64,000 bases of DNA from Felis catus (GCF_018350175.1 NC_058373.1:117058001-117122000), one strand, 5' to 3'; shown: positions 11,865 through 24,524, counted from the stretch's first letter. Numbers and translations are program-made. Notes: generated from the sequence alone by a model not told the origin.

Positions 11865-13270
11865 TTATTTTTAAATCATTTTAAATTACACAAAAGTTGC
11901 CAAAAATAGTTCAAAGAACTGCCTTATATTCTTCAAGTTGTTAACACTTCTGAATCATCTGAGAGTAAGCTGCAGATATGAAGCCTCCTTACCCTGCCAT
12001 ACATCGGTGTGTAGTTTCTACAAGCAAAGACATTCCTAAATAACCACAGCACAATCTCACATCAGGAGAATAACACTGATCCAATGTAATCTAATAAAAT
12101 CCACTGAAATTTCACCAATTATGCCATTACTGTCATTTATAGGCCTTGGATCCTATTAAAGATCACCTCTTGCATTTGGTTGTCTTGTCTCTCTAGTGAC
12201 TTTTAATCTGCAACAATTTTTACTTTCATAGCCTTGACATTTTTGAAGGATACATGCCAGTTACTTGAATTTCTCTCAATTTGCATTTGCCTGATGTTTC
12301 CTCATGACTTTTATATTTATGCAAAAGAAGTACTACTGTGTTCTTTTCACTGTATTCTATCAGGAGGCAATATGAAGTTGGTTTTTTCCATTACTGGTTT
12401 TTATTTATGTAAACTTTTGCCAGTTGATTAAGATGGTATCTCCCAAGTATTACAGTTGTAATGTTAATTAGTAAGCGTGCTGTCTTTGTTAATTAATAAT
12501 TAATAGCCTGTTGATGAGAATTAATGACTATTTTTAGGGACATACTTTGAGACACTGTGAGTATCTCATTCCTCATCAAACTTTTACTCACAAATTTTAG
12601 CATCCATTGTTGATTCTGGCTTGAGTCAATCAAAATGATGGTTGTAACATTGTGATTTTCTACATTCTTTCTTCCTTCTTCTATTAGTTGTATTCTACTA
12701 GTAGAACTTTCCTTTCTCCTTTATTTCTTTCTATCAGCATGGACTCATCTCTATTTTACTCAAAGGTTACAACTTGTTGCTGTCATTATTTATTTTGATG
12801 CTTAAACTGTCCTAGATTTGGCTGATAGAGACCCCTTTAGATCCTATATTCTTTGAACGTATCTCCATAATTCTTTAAGTACCTTTTCATTTTCCTTGCA
12901 CAACAAATTATTCTGGTTTTACCCACTACACCATGGAGCCATAGTTCTCTTTGGTGGAGAATGGTATTTAAAAACCAAAGTCTGAGTATTAGGTGTGTTC
13001 ATGGCTACTGGGGTACTATTGCATTTAGACTCTCTCAGTGAATGGAACTAGGAAACATACCAACATATATATGCACATATTCATATATTTTTCTATCTTT
13101 TCATCTGTGTAAAGTAGAATTCATTTCATACCATCTTCTTTAATTTCAAGCCACATCACTGGGTTTATTCTAATCTTTCCTCTTTTTATATCTGTAATTC
13201 CCTTCTCCAACAGTGAGAAAACTGCCAACCAATATCCTTAATATATTTACTTGTTTGTTCAATTCCTGGT
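11865..13270 (-). mobile_element. Old L1 (L1MC/ME-like) 3' region
   Basis: T-rich antisense L1M 3'UTR motifs (ACAAAAGTTGC..AAATAGT; CAACAGTGAGAAAACTG). Confidence 0.65.
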
Positions 13271-13319
13271 ATGTAAACCAATCTGTTGGCTATGGTAGCA
13301 AAAAGTATGGCCTGTCTCT

Positions 13320-13600
13320 ATGAAGTTAATTATTTTTATCATTATATATATATAATATTTATAATATAAATATGTTATATTAAAATTACATATGTTATAT
13401 ATATAATAAAAATATGTAGTATGTCTATGTGTATAAAATATATACACATACATGTATACATATGTAATTATTTTATTGAATTGCAAATTCAAATTTATTG
13501 AATATAAGTAAATATGTATAAATTTTATTGAATTGTAAATTAAAATTTATTGAATGTAAGTAAATACATATAAAAATATCTGATTATATATAATGATCAG
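13320..13600. repeat. AT-rich low-complexity tract with a two-copy ~52-bp tandem repeat (13470-13573)
   Basis: ATTTTATTGAATTG(C/T)AAATT(C/A)AAATTTATTGAAT(A/G)TAAGTAAATA twice. Confidence 0.85.
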
Positions 13601-13604
13601 CCTT

Positions 13605-15505
13605 ACTGATATATACCATGAAGTTCAAGGTGTACTATGTGATGATTTGATACACGTGTATATTGCAAAATGATTACCACAGTAAGGTTAGTTAACACTT
13701 CATCCCATCACAAAATTACCACTTTGTGTGTGTGTGTGTGTGTTTAGATGACAATTAAAATTTACCCTAACGACTTTCGAGCATAATACAGTATTGTTAA
13801 CTATAGTCATCATGCTGTACATTAGATCCCTAAAACTCATGCATCTTATAACTAGGTTTGTACCCTTTGATCAACATCTCCTCATTTTTCCAATCTCTCG
13901 GAAACTACCATTCTATATTTCTATGAATTCAGCTTTTTTAGATTTCACAGTGAGCTCATACAGTGTTTGTTTTTCTCTGATTTATCTCACTGAGCATAGT
14001 GTCCTCAAGGTTCATCCATATTATTGCAGATGGCAGGATTTCCTTCTTTTTGTATGGCTAAATAATGGCTCGTTCTGTGAAAAACGCCGTTGGAATTTTG
14101 ACAAAAATTGTGGTAATAATAGTAAGTGTGTGTATTTGTGTGTGTGAGATCCATTCATGTGTCAATGGATAATCAGGTTGTTTCCATGTCTTGGCTATTG
14201 TAGAAAATGTTGCAATGAACATGGGAGTGCATATAGTTTTTTGAGTTAGTGTTTTCACTTTTGGGGGGGGATATATGTCCAAAAGTGGAATTGCTGGATT
14301 ATTTGGTAGTTCTATTTTTAATTTTTTGAGGAAATGCCATAGTGTTTTCCATAGTGGCTGCACCAATCTACATTCCCATCAGCAGTATACAAGGGTTCCC
14401 TTTTCCCTACTTTCTCACTAATACTTGTCTCTTGTCTCTTTGAAAAATAGCCATTGTAACAAGTGTGAAGTAATATCTCATTGTGGTTTTAATTTGCATT
14501 TCCTTAATGATTAGTGATATTGAGCATTTCTTCATGTGCCTGTTGGCCATCTGTATGCCTTCTTTGGAAAAAATGTCTATTCAAGTCCCTCACCCATTTT
14601 TTACCTGTTTTTGTTTTTCTATTGAGTTGTATGAATTCTTATACTTCTCATCAGATATTAACTCCTTATCAGATAGATGGCTTGAAAATATTTTCTCCCA
14701 TTCTATAAGTTGCCTTTTCAATTTGCTGACTGTTGCCTTTGCTGTGCAGAAGCTATTTAGTTTGATATAGTCCCACTTGTTTATTTTTACTTGTGTTGCT
14801 TGTGTTTTTGTAGTCATATCCAAAAAATTGTTGCCAAGACCAATGTCAAAGAGACTTTCCTCTGTTTTCTTCTAGTAGTTTTACAGTTTTAGGTCTTACG
14901 CTTAAGTCTTTAATCCATTTGGAGTTAATTTTTGTGAGAAAAATTTTTGTGAGTTGTGTAAGATAGGGGTCGAGTTTCATTATTTTGTATGTGAATATCC
15001 AGTTCTCCTAACATCAGCTAATTCTTGGCTCCCTTGTCAAATATTCATCCACTGTTTACATGTGGATTTATTTCTGGGCACTCCATCGGTCTATGTGCCT
15101 GTTTTTATGCTAATACCATACTGTTTCGATTACTATAGCTTTGTAATATAGTTTGAAATTTGAAATCAGGTAGTGTCATGCCTTTAGCTTTGCTTTTCTT
15201 GCTTTAGACTGTTTTGGCTATTTAGGGTCTTTTGTGGTACCATATACATTTTAGGATCCCCCCCCCCCCGTTTCTGTGAAAAATGTCATTGGAATTTTGA
15301 CACAGATTATGTTGAATCCGTAAATGGCTTTGGGCAGCACGGATACTTTAACAGTATTAATTCTTCCAATCTATGAATGTGGGATATCTTCCCATTTATT
15401 TGTGTCTTCTTCAATTTCTTTCACCAATGTCTTGTAATTGTCAGTGTATGGATCTTTCACCTCCTTGGTTAAGTTTATTCTTAAGTATTTTGTTCTTAGG
15501 TATTT
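13605..15505 (-). mobile_element. L1 (L1MA9-like) 3' ~1.9 kb
   Basis: Minus-strand ORF2 peptides [20 protein letters not shown] and [18 protein letters not shown]1MA-type 3'UTR. Confidence 0.92.
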
Positions 15506-15899
15506 TGTTATATTTGAAGACCTTTCTTCAGATGCACCTGAAGCTCACTGCTTATACTTCCAGATGGTTGTTCCCTGATGCCTGACCCTCAAGAAGCTGC
15601 TGGTCTCAGAAATGCAGAGCTCCCCTTAAAAGGAAGACCCCCTTCCCATCCCCCATCTTTCAGTAAGAAGCCCATTCTCTACCTGTTCCAAACAGCTGCA
15701 GCCAGCTCCACGAAGATGCTTACACCAAATAAACCTGGGAACAGAAAATTTTCATATTTTAACAAATGAAATAACTGGGGCATCTAATGAAATTACATTG
15801 TACTCATTAGGTTAAGGGTGGTTTCCTTTGGTTGCAGGCTTTCTTCCAGGTTTTGGTGGCACCACTTTTGTGACTTAGCCCCAGGTAATACATATATCT

Positions 15900-16030
15900 G
15901 CTTGGGTACGTCCCCATTAAGCAGAAGGGTCTGAGGGCTGGGACCGTTATTTTATCAATTTCTAGCGCTTGGCAGAGGGTCTAACACAGGGTAGGTGCTA
16001 ATTATTGTTAATTGGATGAAAGAATGAATA
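15900..16030 (+). mobile_element. L2 3' end remnant
   Basis: CTAGCGCTTGGCAGAGGG...GTAGGTGCT...GATGAAAGAATGAAT tail. Confidence 0.55.
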
Positions 16031-16569
16031 TGTCCATTAGTCAATATAGAATGGTGGGAAAGGAGATTTATCTTGGGAAGGAGACATTAAAGTTCAACCT
16101 GTGACCCACGTGGATGAAGAAAGGTCATCCATGTTTAGAATTCTTTAGATATTTTATTTCGAGTTTTTGTTTTCCTGGTAACACTACACAATTCAAGAAT
16201 AAGTTATTCTTGATATTGGTTACATTGACATTGCACACTGCTCCCATGGTGACCATCCAGTACCAACAATGTACTATTTTCACCTGCAGTTTCCTGAGTT
16301 TTTAACCAAATATCCAATTTCAAAGATCCCACATTAAAGAATGTCTTCAGTCCAAGTTACCCTTTCTCATTTTCTATCTTCAACCTTTTCCTCTTTTCCC
16401 CAAGAACGTCTGCAGAGTTAATTTCTCTTGAAAATTCTCTCGTGGTGTTCCAGATACGAATGATCATAAAATACTCCAAACACAGCATGTGGTGTAAATG
16501 TTGAATCGATTAAAATGACGAGGTTAGTCACAATATCCCTGACGATCGCTGTGGCCCATTTTAATTTAG

Positions 16570-18160
16570 AGGGCGCCAGCTACACGTCAGCGAGAGACTG
16601 TAAAGCTACCGGGCAAACCACTCCGGACCAGGAATCCCTAAGACAACCCTGACGCCGCTGAAGTTTCCAGACGCGGCCAGCTCTCGGGACTGACAGAAGG
16701 AGCCTCCGCATCGCCGAGCCAGTCTGCCAGTTTTCTCGGCAGCAGATAAAGTGCCAGGAATTTCTAGGCTTTCCCTTCCTCGGGCAAATCCCAGTCTGCA
16801 CCGTCCGAGGCGCATAGGAACAGGTGAGCCGAGAGGCGGCGCCCGGGGGACGCGCGCAGGTGCCTGGGCCCCGCCCGGCCCCGCCCGGCCCCGCCCCGGG
16901 GACCTCCCGGCCCCGCCCCGGGCCGCCCCGCCCCGCCCCGCCCCGCGCCACTCCGCTCGGGGCCCAGGTGCCGGCGCCCAGGTGCGCGCGGCGCGGGGCT
17001 GCAACTCTGCCCGACACCCGACAGCGGGCGCCGCTGCGGCGGTTCGCGAGCGGCGGAGCTGAGCTGAGCGGCTCCGGGAGTTGGGGCAGCTCCTGCGCCC
17101 GGCCCTGCTCGCAGCGAGAGCTCCGCCCGGCGCCGGCATCCCCCAGCTGCGGGAGCGGGCGGGCGCCGAGGGGGCGGACCGACCTCCGCGGACCCCGGCG
17201 GCCTGGGGCGGGCGAGGGGCGAGCGCCGGAGATCCCGAGCGCCCCGCGCCCCGGCACCATGCGACCCGCCGCGCCTCCTGGCCGGCCCCGGGCTTCGCTC
17301 TCCGCTCCCTAAACCCCGCGCTCGCCACCGCGGCAACTCGCAAAGACAAGGCGGGTCGCCGGAGAGCAGCGGGGAGACCGCCTCCGACGTCCCCTCCGCC
17401 CCCCAGAGGCTGCCGGTGCCTCGTTTTCCGGGCTTCTCTAGCTTTACCATGAACCTGGCGCAAGCTTGGCTTTAGGAGAAATTCAGAAGCCGGAGGGGGA
17501 GTCAGTGCAATTCTTTGGTTGCTAAGGTAATTGTAGTTGTGACAAAAACGGGCAGGAAACAATTGGGGGAAAAGAGGTTTTAAAACGGCAGACACCCTCC
17601 CCCCCCCCCTTCATATGTGTTGATTTCATTTCATCTCCTGGGTGTGGATGCTGTCCATTTCGGATGCGTGACAGGTGTCGGGCTGTGCGTGTGTGTGCAG
17701 TTTGGGACTGTAGAGGCACGAGCTTACATAAGTGGTTAGGCAAGCTGGCGTGCGGACTTGTGTGGGATGGGTGCAGGTCTGCATATAAATCATGTTCCTG
17801 GGTTTCTGGGTGCGAAGCGCTCAGTGACTGGGGCCAGCGAGCAGAGGGTACGTGCTCTTAGGTACTTCCAGTCTTCCGATGCTGTGATCGCAGGTGGGGC
17901 ACCTTTACCCCAGAAGCAGGCGTTCATTAACTTTTTCTCCGATAAACCTCGCCTTTTTGCGGTTTGCAAGAAGGAGCGCAAGCGAGTGGTGGGGTGGGGA
18001 GGGCAGGGGTGGGGGCGGGGGTCTGTTCTTCGCGAACTGCGGCAGGAAAGAGAACGGTAGGTAGGTATTCGCTCTCAGAGGGCGACCGCTAAACTGTTGG
18101 CGTGAACAGCTCGCGTTCACCGGCACCGTCAGGCTGTAAACGTGGCCCGGCGAGACGGAA
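16570..18160 (+). promoter_or_regulatory. RGS6: CpG island / promoter of RGS6
   Basis: Very high GC and CpG density against a CpG-depleted background; GC-box cluster (CCCGCCC) at 16868-16945; the only island upstream of the RGS6 coding exon. Confidence 0.9.
17010..17526 (+). other. RGS6: Probable non-coding exon 1 of RGS6 (start approximate)
   Basis: Begins just downstream of the GC boxes; ends at donor AAG|GTAATT (17526/17527); inferred without transcript data. Confidence 0.55.
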
Positions 18161-18957
18161 AAAAGTGACCCAGAAAATTTAATTTTGTTCAGAATGAAAG
18201 ATGCTTTTTAATTTTATTTTGTTATTCGTTTTTAATTTGATGGAGCAGGAACGTGATTTGTGCCTCTCTTGTTGGGAGGAGTGGCGTTTCTGCCTTACAA
18301 ATTGAAGATATTTTGGGGCTTGTTGTTGGCTTGGGCTTGTTCCCTCAGCATTTATCAATGCTTAGAAGCTGGATCCGCAGGTAGTTTGTAATCGATACCT
18401 TTTAGCAACCCCAAAGTAAAATTGCAAAAATAAGCAGTCTTAGACCAAGCCCAACATTGGACCCTTTTCTCACCAGAAGGGGATGAGAGATGGAAGACGA
18501 AGAACCAGGCTTCTAAGTGTCCGGATGGAGTTACAGACGGAGCCGCAAGTTTGTGTATGTTCTGTCAGAAAGTGCTTGAAGGGACACTGTTAATAGGTTT
18601 GGCTTCCTATGTTAACAGCAAGGCTTCTTTAGATCACTGTTCATAGGCGGATGGGTAATTCCAGGGAGTGGGACCTGGGGGTTGGAGAAACTTTCTGTAA
18701 GCTGTACATTCTTTATCAGGATGTGTTCTTAGTCTTATTAATTTGTTAATTTTGCAATGGCTGAGACTGCTCTGTGACCGAAAGTAAGCAGAGGACTGAG
18801 GGACATTTGAGGCTCTTTGGGGATGCGCTTCCGTAAGTGAAAGCTTGCATGCTAAACAGCCAAACCCAAGATAAGAAGTTCTTTCTGAGTTCCCTGATGG
18901 TACCGTCGAGCCAAATTGTTGCATAAGTATGGTGATCTTAGATACTATAAATGTTGA

Positions 18958-19141
18958 GGTATTATATATATATTATATATATGTATAATATATATTACAT
19001 TATATGTATAATACAGTATATATTACATTATATGTATAATATATATTACATTATATGTATAACAGAATATATTATGTATTTACAATATAATATATATTAT
19101 ATATGTATAATACAATATATATATTATATATATATGTATGT
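18958..19141. repeat. (TA)-rich micro/minisatellite
   Basis: Repeated TATATATTACATTATATGTATAA units. Confidence 0.9.
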
Positions 19142-19249
19142 ATTCCCTCCCCCCCTCCATAACTCATTCTTTCCTGAAGGCATCTGTAAATTCTAGAAAT
19201 ATCAGCTATTGTGGGTATTTTGGTACAAAAGGTGGCCACTAGGATTTCC

Positions 19250-19471
19250 TTTTTGTTTTTTAATTTTTTTAATGTTTGTTTATTTTTGAGAAAGAGAGTG
19301 AGCGAGCGAGCAGGGGAGGGGCGGAGACAGAGGGAGACACAGAATCCAAAGCAGGCTCCAGGCTCCACACTGGCAGCCCAGAGCCCAACGCAAGGCTCCA
19401 ACCCACAAGCCTTGAGATCATGACCTGAGCTGAAGTCAGATGCTTTACCGACTGAGCTACCCAGGTGCCCC
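19250..19471 (-). mobile_element. Can-SINE
   Basis: Reverse T tail, GA tract, head ending CCAGGTGCCCC. Confidence 0.93.
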
Positions 19472-20454
19472 AGTATTTCACTTTCCGTTGCCATCGCATT
19501 GGTTAACTTTACTTCCATGTCTCCTTTAAGAGACTTTAATTAACAGTGAATTTATTTTGCTGAGAGTTTTAGTAAAACAGTGCTAGTTTTTCTTCAAGCG
19601 ATAAATCTGTCTTATCAAGTGAAACATTACAGCAGTGCTTTTGCGGCAGAAATGTCTCTTTAAATGAGACAATCCTTATTTATCTATTTTTTTTTTATGA
19701 TTCATTGATTAAAAGTAACCAACATAGATATTTTTTAAATGAGCAAACATTTCTTGAGAAAGAAAAAAAAAATTAAAGGGTATTGGGGACAGTGAAATTT
19801 GCCAGTAATTTTGGATGTCTTTTTTGTCCACAGGGACAGAATTTGATGTGAAAGTAGGATCCTTCTGTTTCTTATTTCTCTGATATTCTCCCATGCATTT
19901 TGTCCCCTGCACTCCTAAGACTTTGCCAGGAATTGCTGAACATTCTGTTTTGTGCTAAGGGTTAAACATCAGGGTGATATGAGTAAGGAGCTATGTGTCA
20001 TATCAACGTTTTTCAAAAAGGATGCTCTTAGAGATTTCAATAAATGTTTCCTTAGCTTCACAGTTAGCTTAATTCACAGTGCTTTGAACCTAGGAAAGCA
20101 TTTAACCTTTTCCTTTTCAGTGCCAGCTAGAAGGAATATATTTCCTGAATTTCATCTCATTGCAACATATGGCATGATATAAATAATTACTACACACACA
20201 GTATCCTGCTGTATGGAGAGAAATGGAATTACAAAATAAACCTTCGTGTTCAGTGATTTGGAGGTAACATTTCAAAGACAAGTTTTACTTTTCTTCCTTG
20301 ATTACCAAAGTAATATATAACCATTGGGAAAAAATTCAAGAAAATACAAAGAAAAAAGATTTGTAATTCTCCCATGGATGGTGAACCGCAGTTGACATTT
20401 CTGCATGCTGTATATTCCTCCAGATTTGATTCTGATCACATTATTAATTGTATT

Positions 20455-20880
20455 TTTTAAATTTTTAATTAAAAATTTTTTCTTATTTTAGAGAGAACAA
20501 GCGATTGAGATGGGGGGAGGAGCAGAGTGAGAGAATTAAAAAAAAAGTTTTTTTAATGTTTATTTATTTTTGAGAGAGAGAGAGACAGAGCACAAGCAGG
20601 GGAGGGGCAGAGAGAGAGAGGGAGACACAGAATCTGAAGCTGCCTCCGTGCTGACAGAGCCTGACACGGGGCTTGAACCCACAAACTGTGAGATCATGAC
20701 CTGAGTGGAAGTTGGACGCTTAACCGACCAAGCCCCCCGGGGCACCCCAGAGAGAGAATCTTAAGTAGGCTCCACACTCAGCATGGAGTCCAGCATGGGG
20801 CTTTATCCCATGACCTTGCGATCATGATCTGAGCAGAAATCGAGTTGGACACCCAACCAGCTGAGCCACCCAGGCACCCC
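20455..20880 (-). mobile_element. Older Can-SINE interrupted by a second Can-SINE (inner ~20548-20747)
   Basis: Two reverse heads (ends ~20747 and ~20880) and two T tails; AGAG(T/A)GAGA(GA)AT repeated at both sides of the inner copy. Confidence 0.85.
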
Positions 20881-21354
20881 CATTCACTGTGTTTTTATAC
20901 TTCTCTCCCCCAGCCTCCCAAATTTTCAAATCTTGTAAATGGAACTTGGATGTGCTAAAGGTTTAGTAAATTACTACTAGTTTATTGGATGATTTTGATA
21001 GAGGAGATTTAAATTTTTGTTAGTGGTTCTTATTTTTAAAGAGAGTAGTTCCTCTGTTTTTCCGTTTTCTTTGAAAAATGAAGGTTTTTACTTTGGTTTG
21101 GTAACACTTGGGACTTCACATAAGATTTAGGGATTAAAGCATCAGAAAAGAAAAAGAACCTTGGCCTTGTGTAGGGTGGGGTGTGCATGTGGAGAGACGG
21201 ATACTTGAGTTCTGGTTTCATTTTCTCCACCTCATGTGGCCTGTGGCCTCTGGGCCTCTGCTTCAAAAGATAAATGAAACTTCCAGCTTTAGTTAGTAAA
21301 CTAACGTATTTGTTGTTTTGACACGTGAGGAGGATGATAGTTGTTTGGAGTGGG

Positions 21355-21495
21355 CTTTTTCAAACACAGGTGGCTCGGGGGTCAACCCCAGAGTTTCTGA
21401 TGTAGTGGGTCTGGGGTGGGGCCTGAGAATTTTCATTTGTAACAAGTGCCCAGACGCTGCTGCCTGCACTGATCTGGGGACCACACCCAGAACTA
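21355..21495. mobile_element. MER5A-like DNA transposon
   Basis: CCCCAGAGTTTCTGAT...GGTCTGGGGTGGGGCCTGAGAATTT...TAACAAGT...GGGGACCACAC. Confidence 0.8.
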
Positions 21496-22689
21496 GATGC
21501 TGTGCTCCTTGAGGGCAGAATCCCTGCCCTCTTTTCTTTGCATCCATCTGCCCTAGTGTCCCGCCAGGAGGTTCACTGTAAGCGGTCGGTTTTCTCCGTG
21601 GGAAAAACTTTCTCCAGTAGTCAAGATAAAAAAGATAACCATCCAGAGTCTGGAGCCATTAAGTCTATAGTAAGAGTACTAATCAGTCAAGAAACCCAGT
21701 TCTTCAAACTGCAAGGGAAGCAAAAGCGCTTACAAGTAGGTTGTTAAAATGAACATTAAACCTAATGAGTTACCTTAAGTAACAGCTCAGAGTACCTGCT
21801 TGAAATGTTACAAACTGGAAGGCTCATGCATGCTTCACTGTTGCCTTCCGGAGACCTATAAGAGGCATTTCGTTTTCTACCACATATACGTTCCAAAAAG
21901 GGTGTGTATGTGTCTAGATTCACTATGAATTATCCCAACTACCAAAGCAGGTCAAGGAAACAGTGGCCTAGACTCCTCCCTCCAATCCCCGGCCAAAAGG
22001 TAGAACAATGCTCACTAGAACATCGCAAAATGGGGACCTAAGCTTGGAGAAAACATTAACCTGTGTGAGTCCACAAAACTGATCAGTGGCATCACGAGAA
22101 ATCAGATCCAGGCCTGCCTGACAGGAAAGGGTGTTCTTTACCACATTCCTCTATGGACACGGAGTGAATCCATTTGATGGCCGGGAGATTGCAGGTAGCT
22201 GAAATACCCCAGTCACAACTTTTGGTCATCCTGGTGTGGCTACTTCGTGACTAGAGAATTAATCCTTCTACTTAGGCGTTAGAAACATAGGGTGCAGAAA
22301 ACCTCCATTTTTATGGATGGGAACTTAAAATGTAACTATTTGAATCTGGACAAAGTAGATGTTCACAAATGCGTTGTGGTGGAGACCCACTTTCTTGGCT
22401 TTTCTAAGTACTTAGGTAAAACCTTTAAAGGAAAAAGCCAACCTGTAAGTTTTTGCAGGGTAGAATTCTCTTAGCCTAGTGCCTGCCCCACCCAAGAAGC
22501 TATTTTCATGCCTGGGGTGATGCACACCTCTAGCAAAGCCCGTGGAGTTGAGCTATGCCTGAACCGGCTTGAGCAGGAACTAGCAGAGGCAGCCCTCACT
22601 CTGAAGTGCCTCAGGCACCTGTACTGAGACCTGGCCAGCCCTGAGCCCTGACAGAGACCTTAAAGTAGGACAACAGGCAATTTAAAACC

Positions 22690-22820
22690 TCGTTGATTGT
22701 GTTTCTGAACCTCAATGTCCCCATCTGTAAAATAGGAATAACAGAATGCCCCTTGAAGGATCAGTAGCTGGGAGAAAATGACAACTTGCCTAGCGTGCTG
22801 CACGGAGGAGGCACAGTGAC
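22690..22820 (+). mobile_element. MIR
   Basis: Core TCTGAACCTCAATGTCCCCATCTGTAAAATAGGAATAA. Confidence 0.7.
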
Positions 22821-23056
22821 CCAAGAAGGCGGACCCTGTCACACCAATTGTCTATTTTCTAATAATTTTGATTACGAGTTGTTGGTTTGCAGCCCTGGAA
22901 GTTTCCCAGTAGTCTGAAACCCACCTGGGTGCAGGAGGGCAAAGAGACCCAGGGAAGCATTCACTCCAGGTTGGTAGGTGGCAGCGTTAATTAGCAAGGA
23001 AACTTACATAGCAGCTTTGTCCGGAGCAGCTGCAAGATAAATAGCCCTCTCCATGT

Positions 23057-23212
23057 GGCACCTGGGTGGCTCAGTCGGTTAAGTGGTGAAGCGTCCACTC
23101 TTGATTTCGGCTCAGGTCGTGATCTCACAGCGGAGCCTGCTTGGGATTCTCGCTCTCCCTCCTTCTCTGCCCCTCCCCCACCCGCACTCTGTCTTTCGCT
23201 CAAAATAAAAAT
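23057..23212 (+). mobile_element. Can-SINE (internally deleted)
   Basis: Head joined to GGAGCCTGCTTGGGATTCT; middle section missing. Confidence 0.85.
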
Positions 23213-24104
23213 CTCCGCATTGAATTGCCTGCCGGAATCGTAGGGGTTTTGTAGGAGCCTTAATGGCATTCAGGTATGTGTTTAGTCCGGATGGAGCTCA
23301 GCAGCGCCTGATTCTCTCAGGGTTATGCCCTTGGAGGTGGCTCCCACTTTGGGAACCATGGGCAGAGCAGACATGCCAAGGACTGGAGAGGGGATGAGGA
23401 GCCTCTGAGTGCCCACGTCCCCCTCTCAGGTCACCCGGTGGTCCTGTCCTCTCGATGACCTCCTCCAAAGTGAGTCTGTGAGGACTTGCCTATATCAGCC
23501 TAGCATTTGAGGGACTCCCAAGTCCCTTGGAGAATCCTGCTCCAGAGTGCTAAAAGTGGATTTGAGAAGGTTCGTAGAAAATAGGTGGCCCAGACACTAG
23601 GTGGAGAGGGTGGGGTGGGAAGGATCTTCCTCTGCAGTAGCCAAAGATGGGTCTGTTTCCTTGGGCCTAAAGGCCATTAATCATTAGCAGGAAGAGAGGT
23701 GAAAAGTAGGGGCTGCTGCTACATGGCTGTTTCTTAGGGTGGCTTGTGACCCATACTCGAAGCAAGGCTGTGCAGTGTTTTTCCTCTGTACCTTCGGGAT
23801 CTCTTACCGTGTTTGGCAGGCTAGGAGTTGGGTGAACGTTTGCTGCGTTACTGGCTTGTAGAGTGGCAGCTCCGGTGGGTGAAAATGGGAGGGAGGATGA
23901 ACTAGTATTGACAGAGAGAGATGGACTGGTCTGGGTGCAGGTACATGGGCTGGGGCACGTGTGGATGCAGGGTACCCCATTCTTAATGTTTACTTGATTT
24001 TGCCTGCCTGGGTCACCTTGGATTTATGATATACTGAGGCCCTCTTCCTGGTTTGTAATTATGCACTAGTATTTGTCTCTCCCTCTGCCTGTGGGCTTCT
24101 TAAA

Positions 24105-24314
24105 ATATTATTTATTTTGAGAGAGAGAAAGAGAGAGAGAACGAATGGGGGAGTGGCAGAGAGAGAGGGAGAGAGGGAATCCCAAGCAGGCTCTGTGCCG
24201 TCAGTGTAGAGCCCAATGCGGGGCTCGATCTCACAAACTGTGAGATCATGCTCTGAGCTGAGATCAAGAGCCAAACGCTTAACCACGTAACCGACTGAGC
24301 CACCCAGGTGCCCC
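24105..24314 (-). mobile_element. Can-SINE
   Basis: Reverse head, GA tract and T tail. Confidence 0.93.
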
Positions 24315-24524
24315 TGTTTGTTTGTTTTTTCTAACCATGATTTTATCCTGTACCCAGCACCAGACCACACACATAGTCAGTGCTTGAGAAAGCACTTGTT
24401 TGTTTCCTTAATAAAAAGTTGCCAAGCCTACAAAGCTATGGATCTGTCATGAAAGAGTGAAGTGATATTGTTCAGCACTTGTAAAGCTTTTTTGTAGATC
24501 ACAGCCTTTTAAAAAGAATTAGGT

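Noticed and set aside
16580..17595. Long ORFs (up to 329 aa) on both strands of the CpG island
   Set aside because: Ala/Gly/Pro/Arg-rich low-complexity translations expected where high GC depletes stop codons; overlapping in many frames; no recognisable domain
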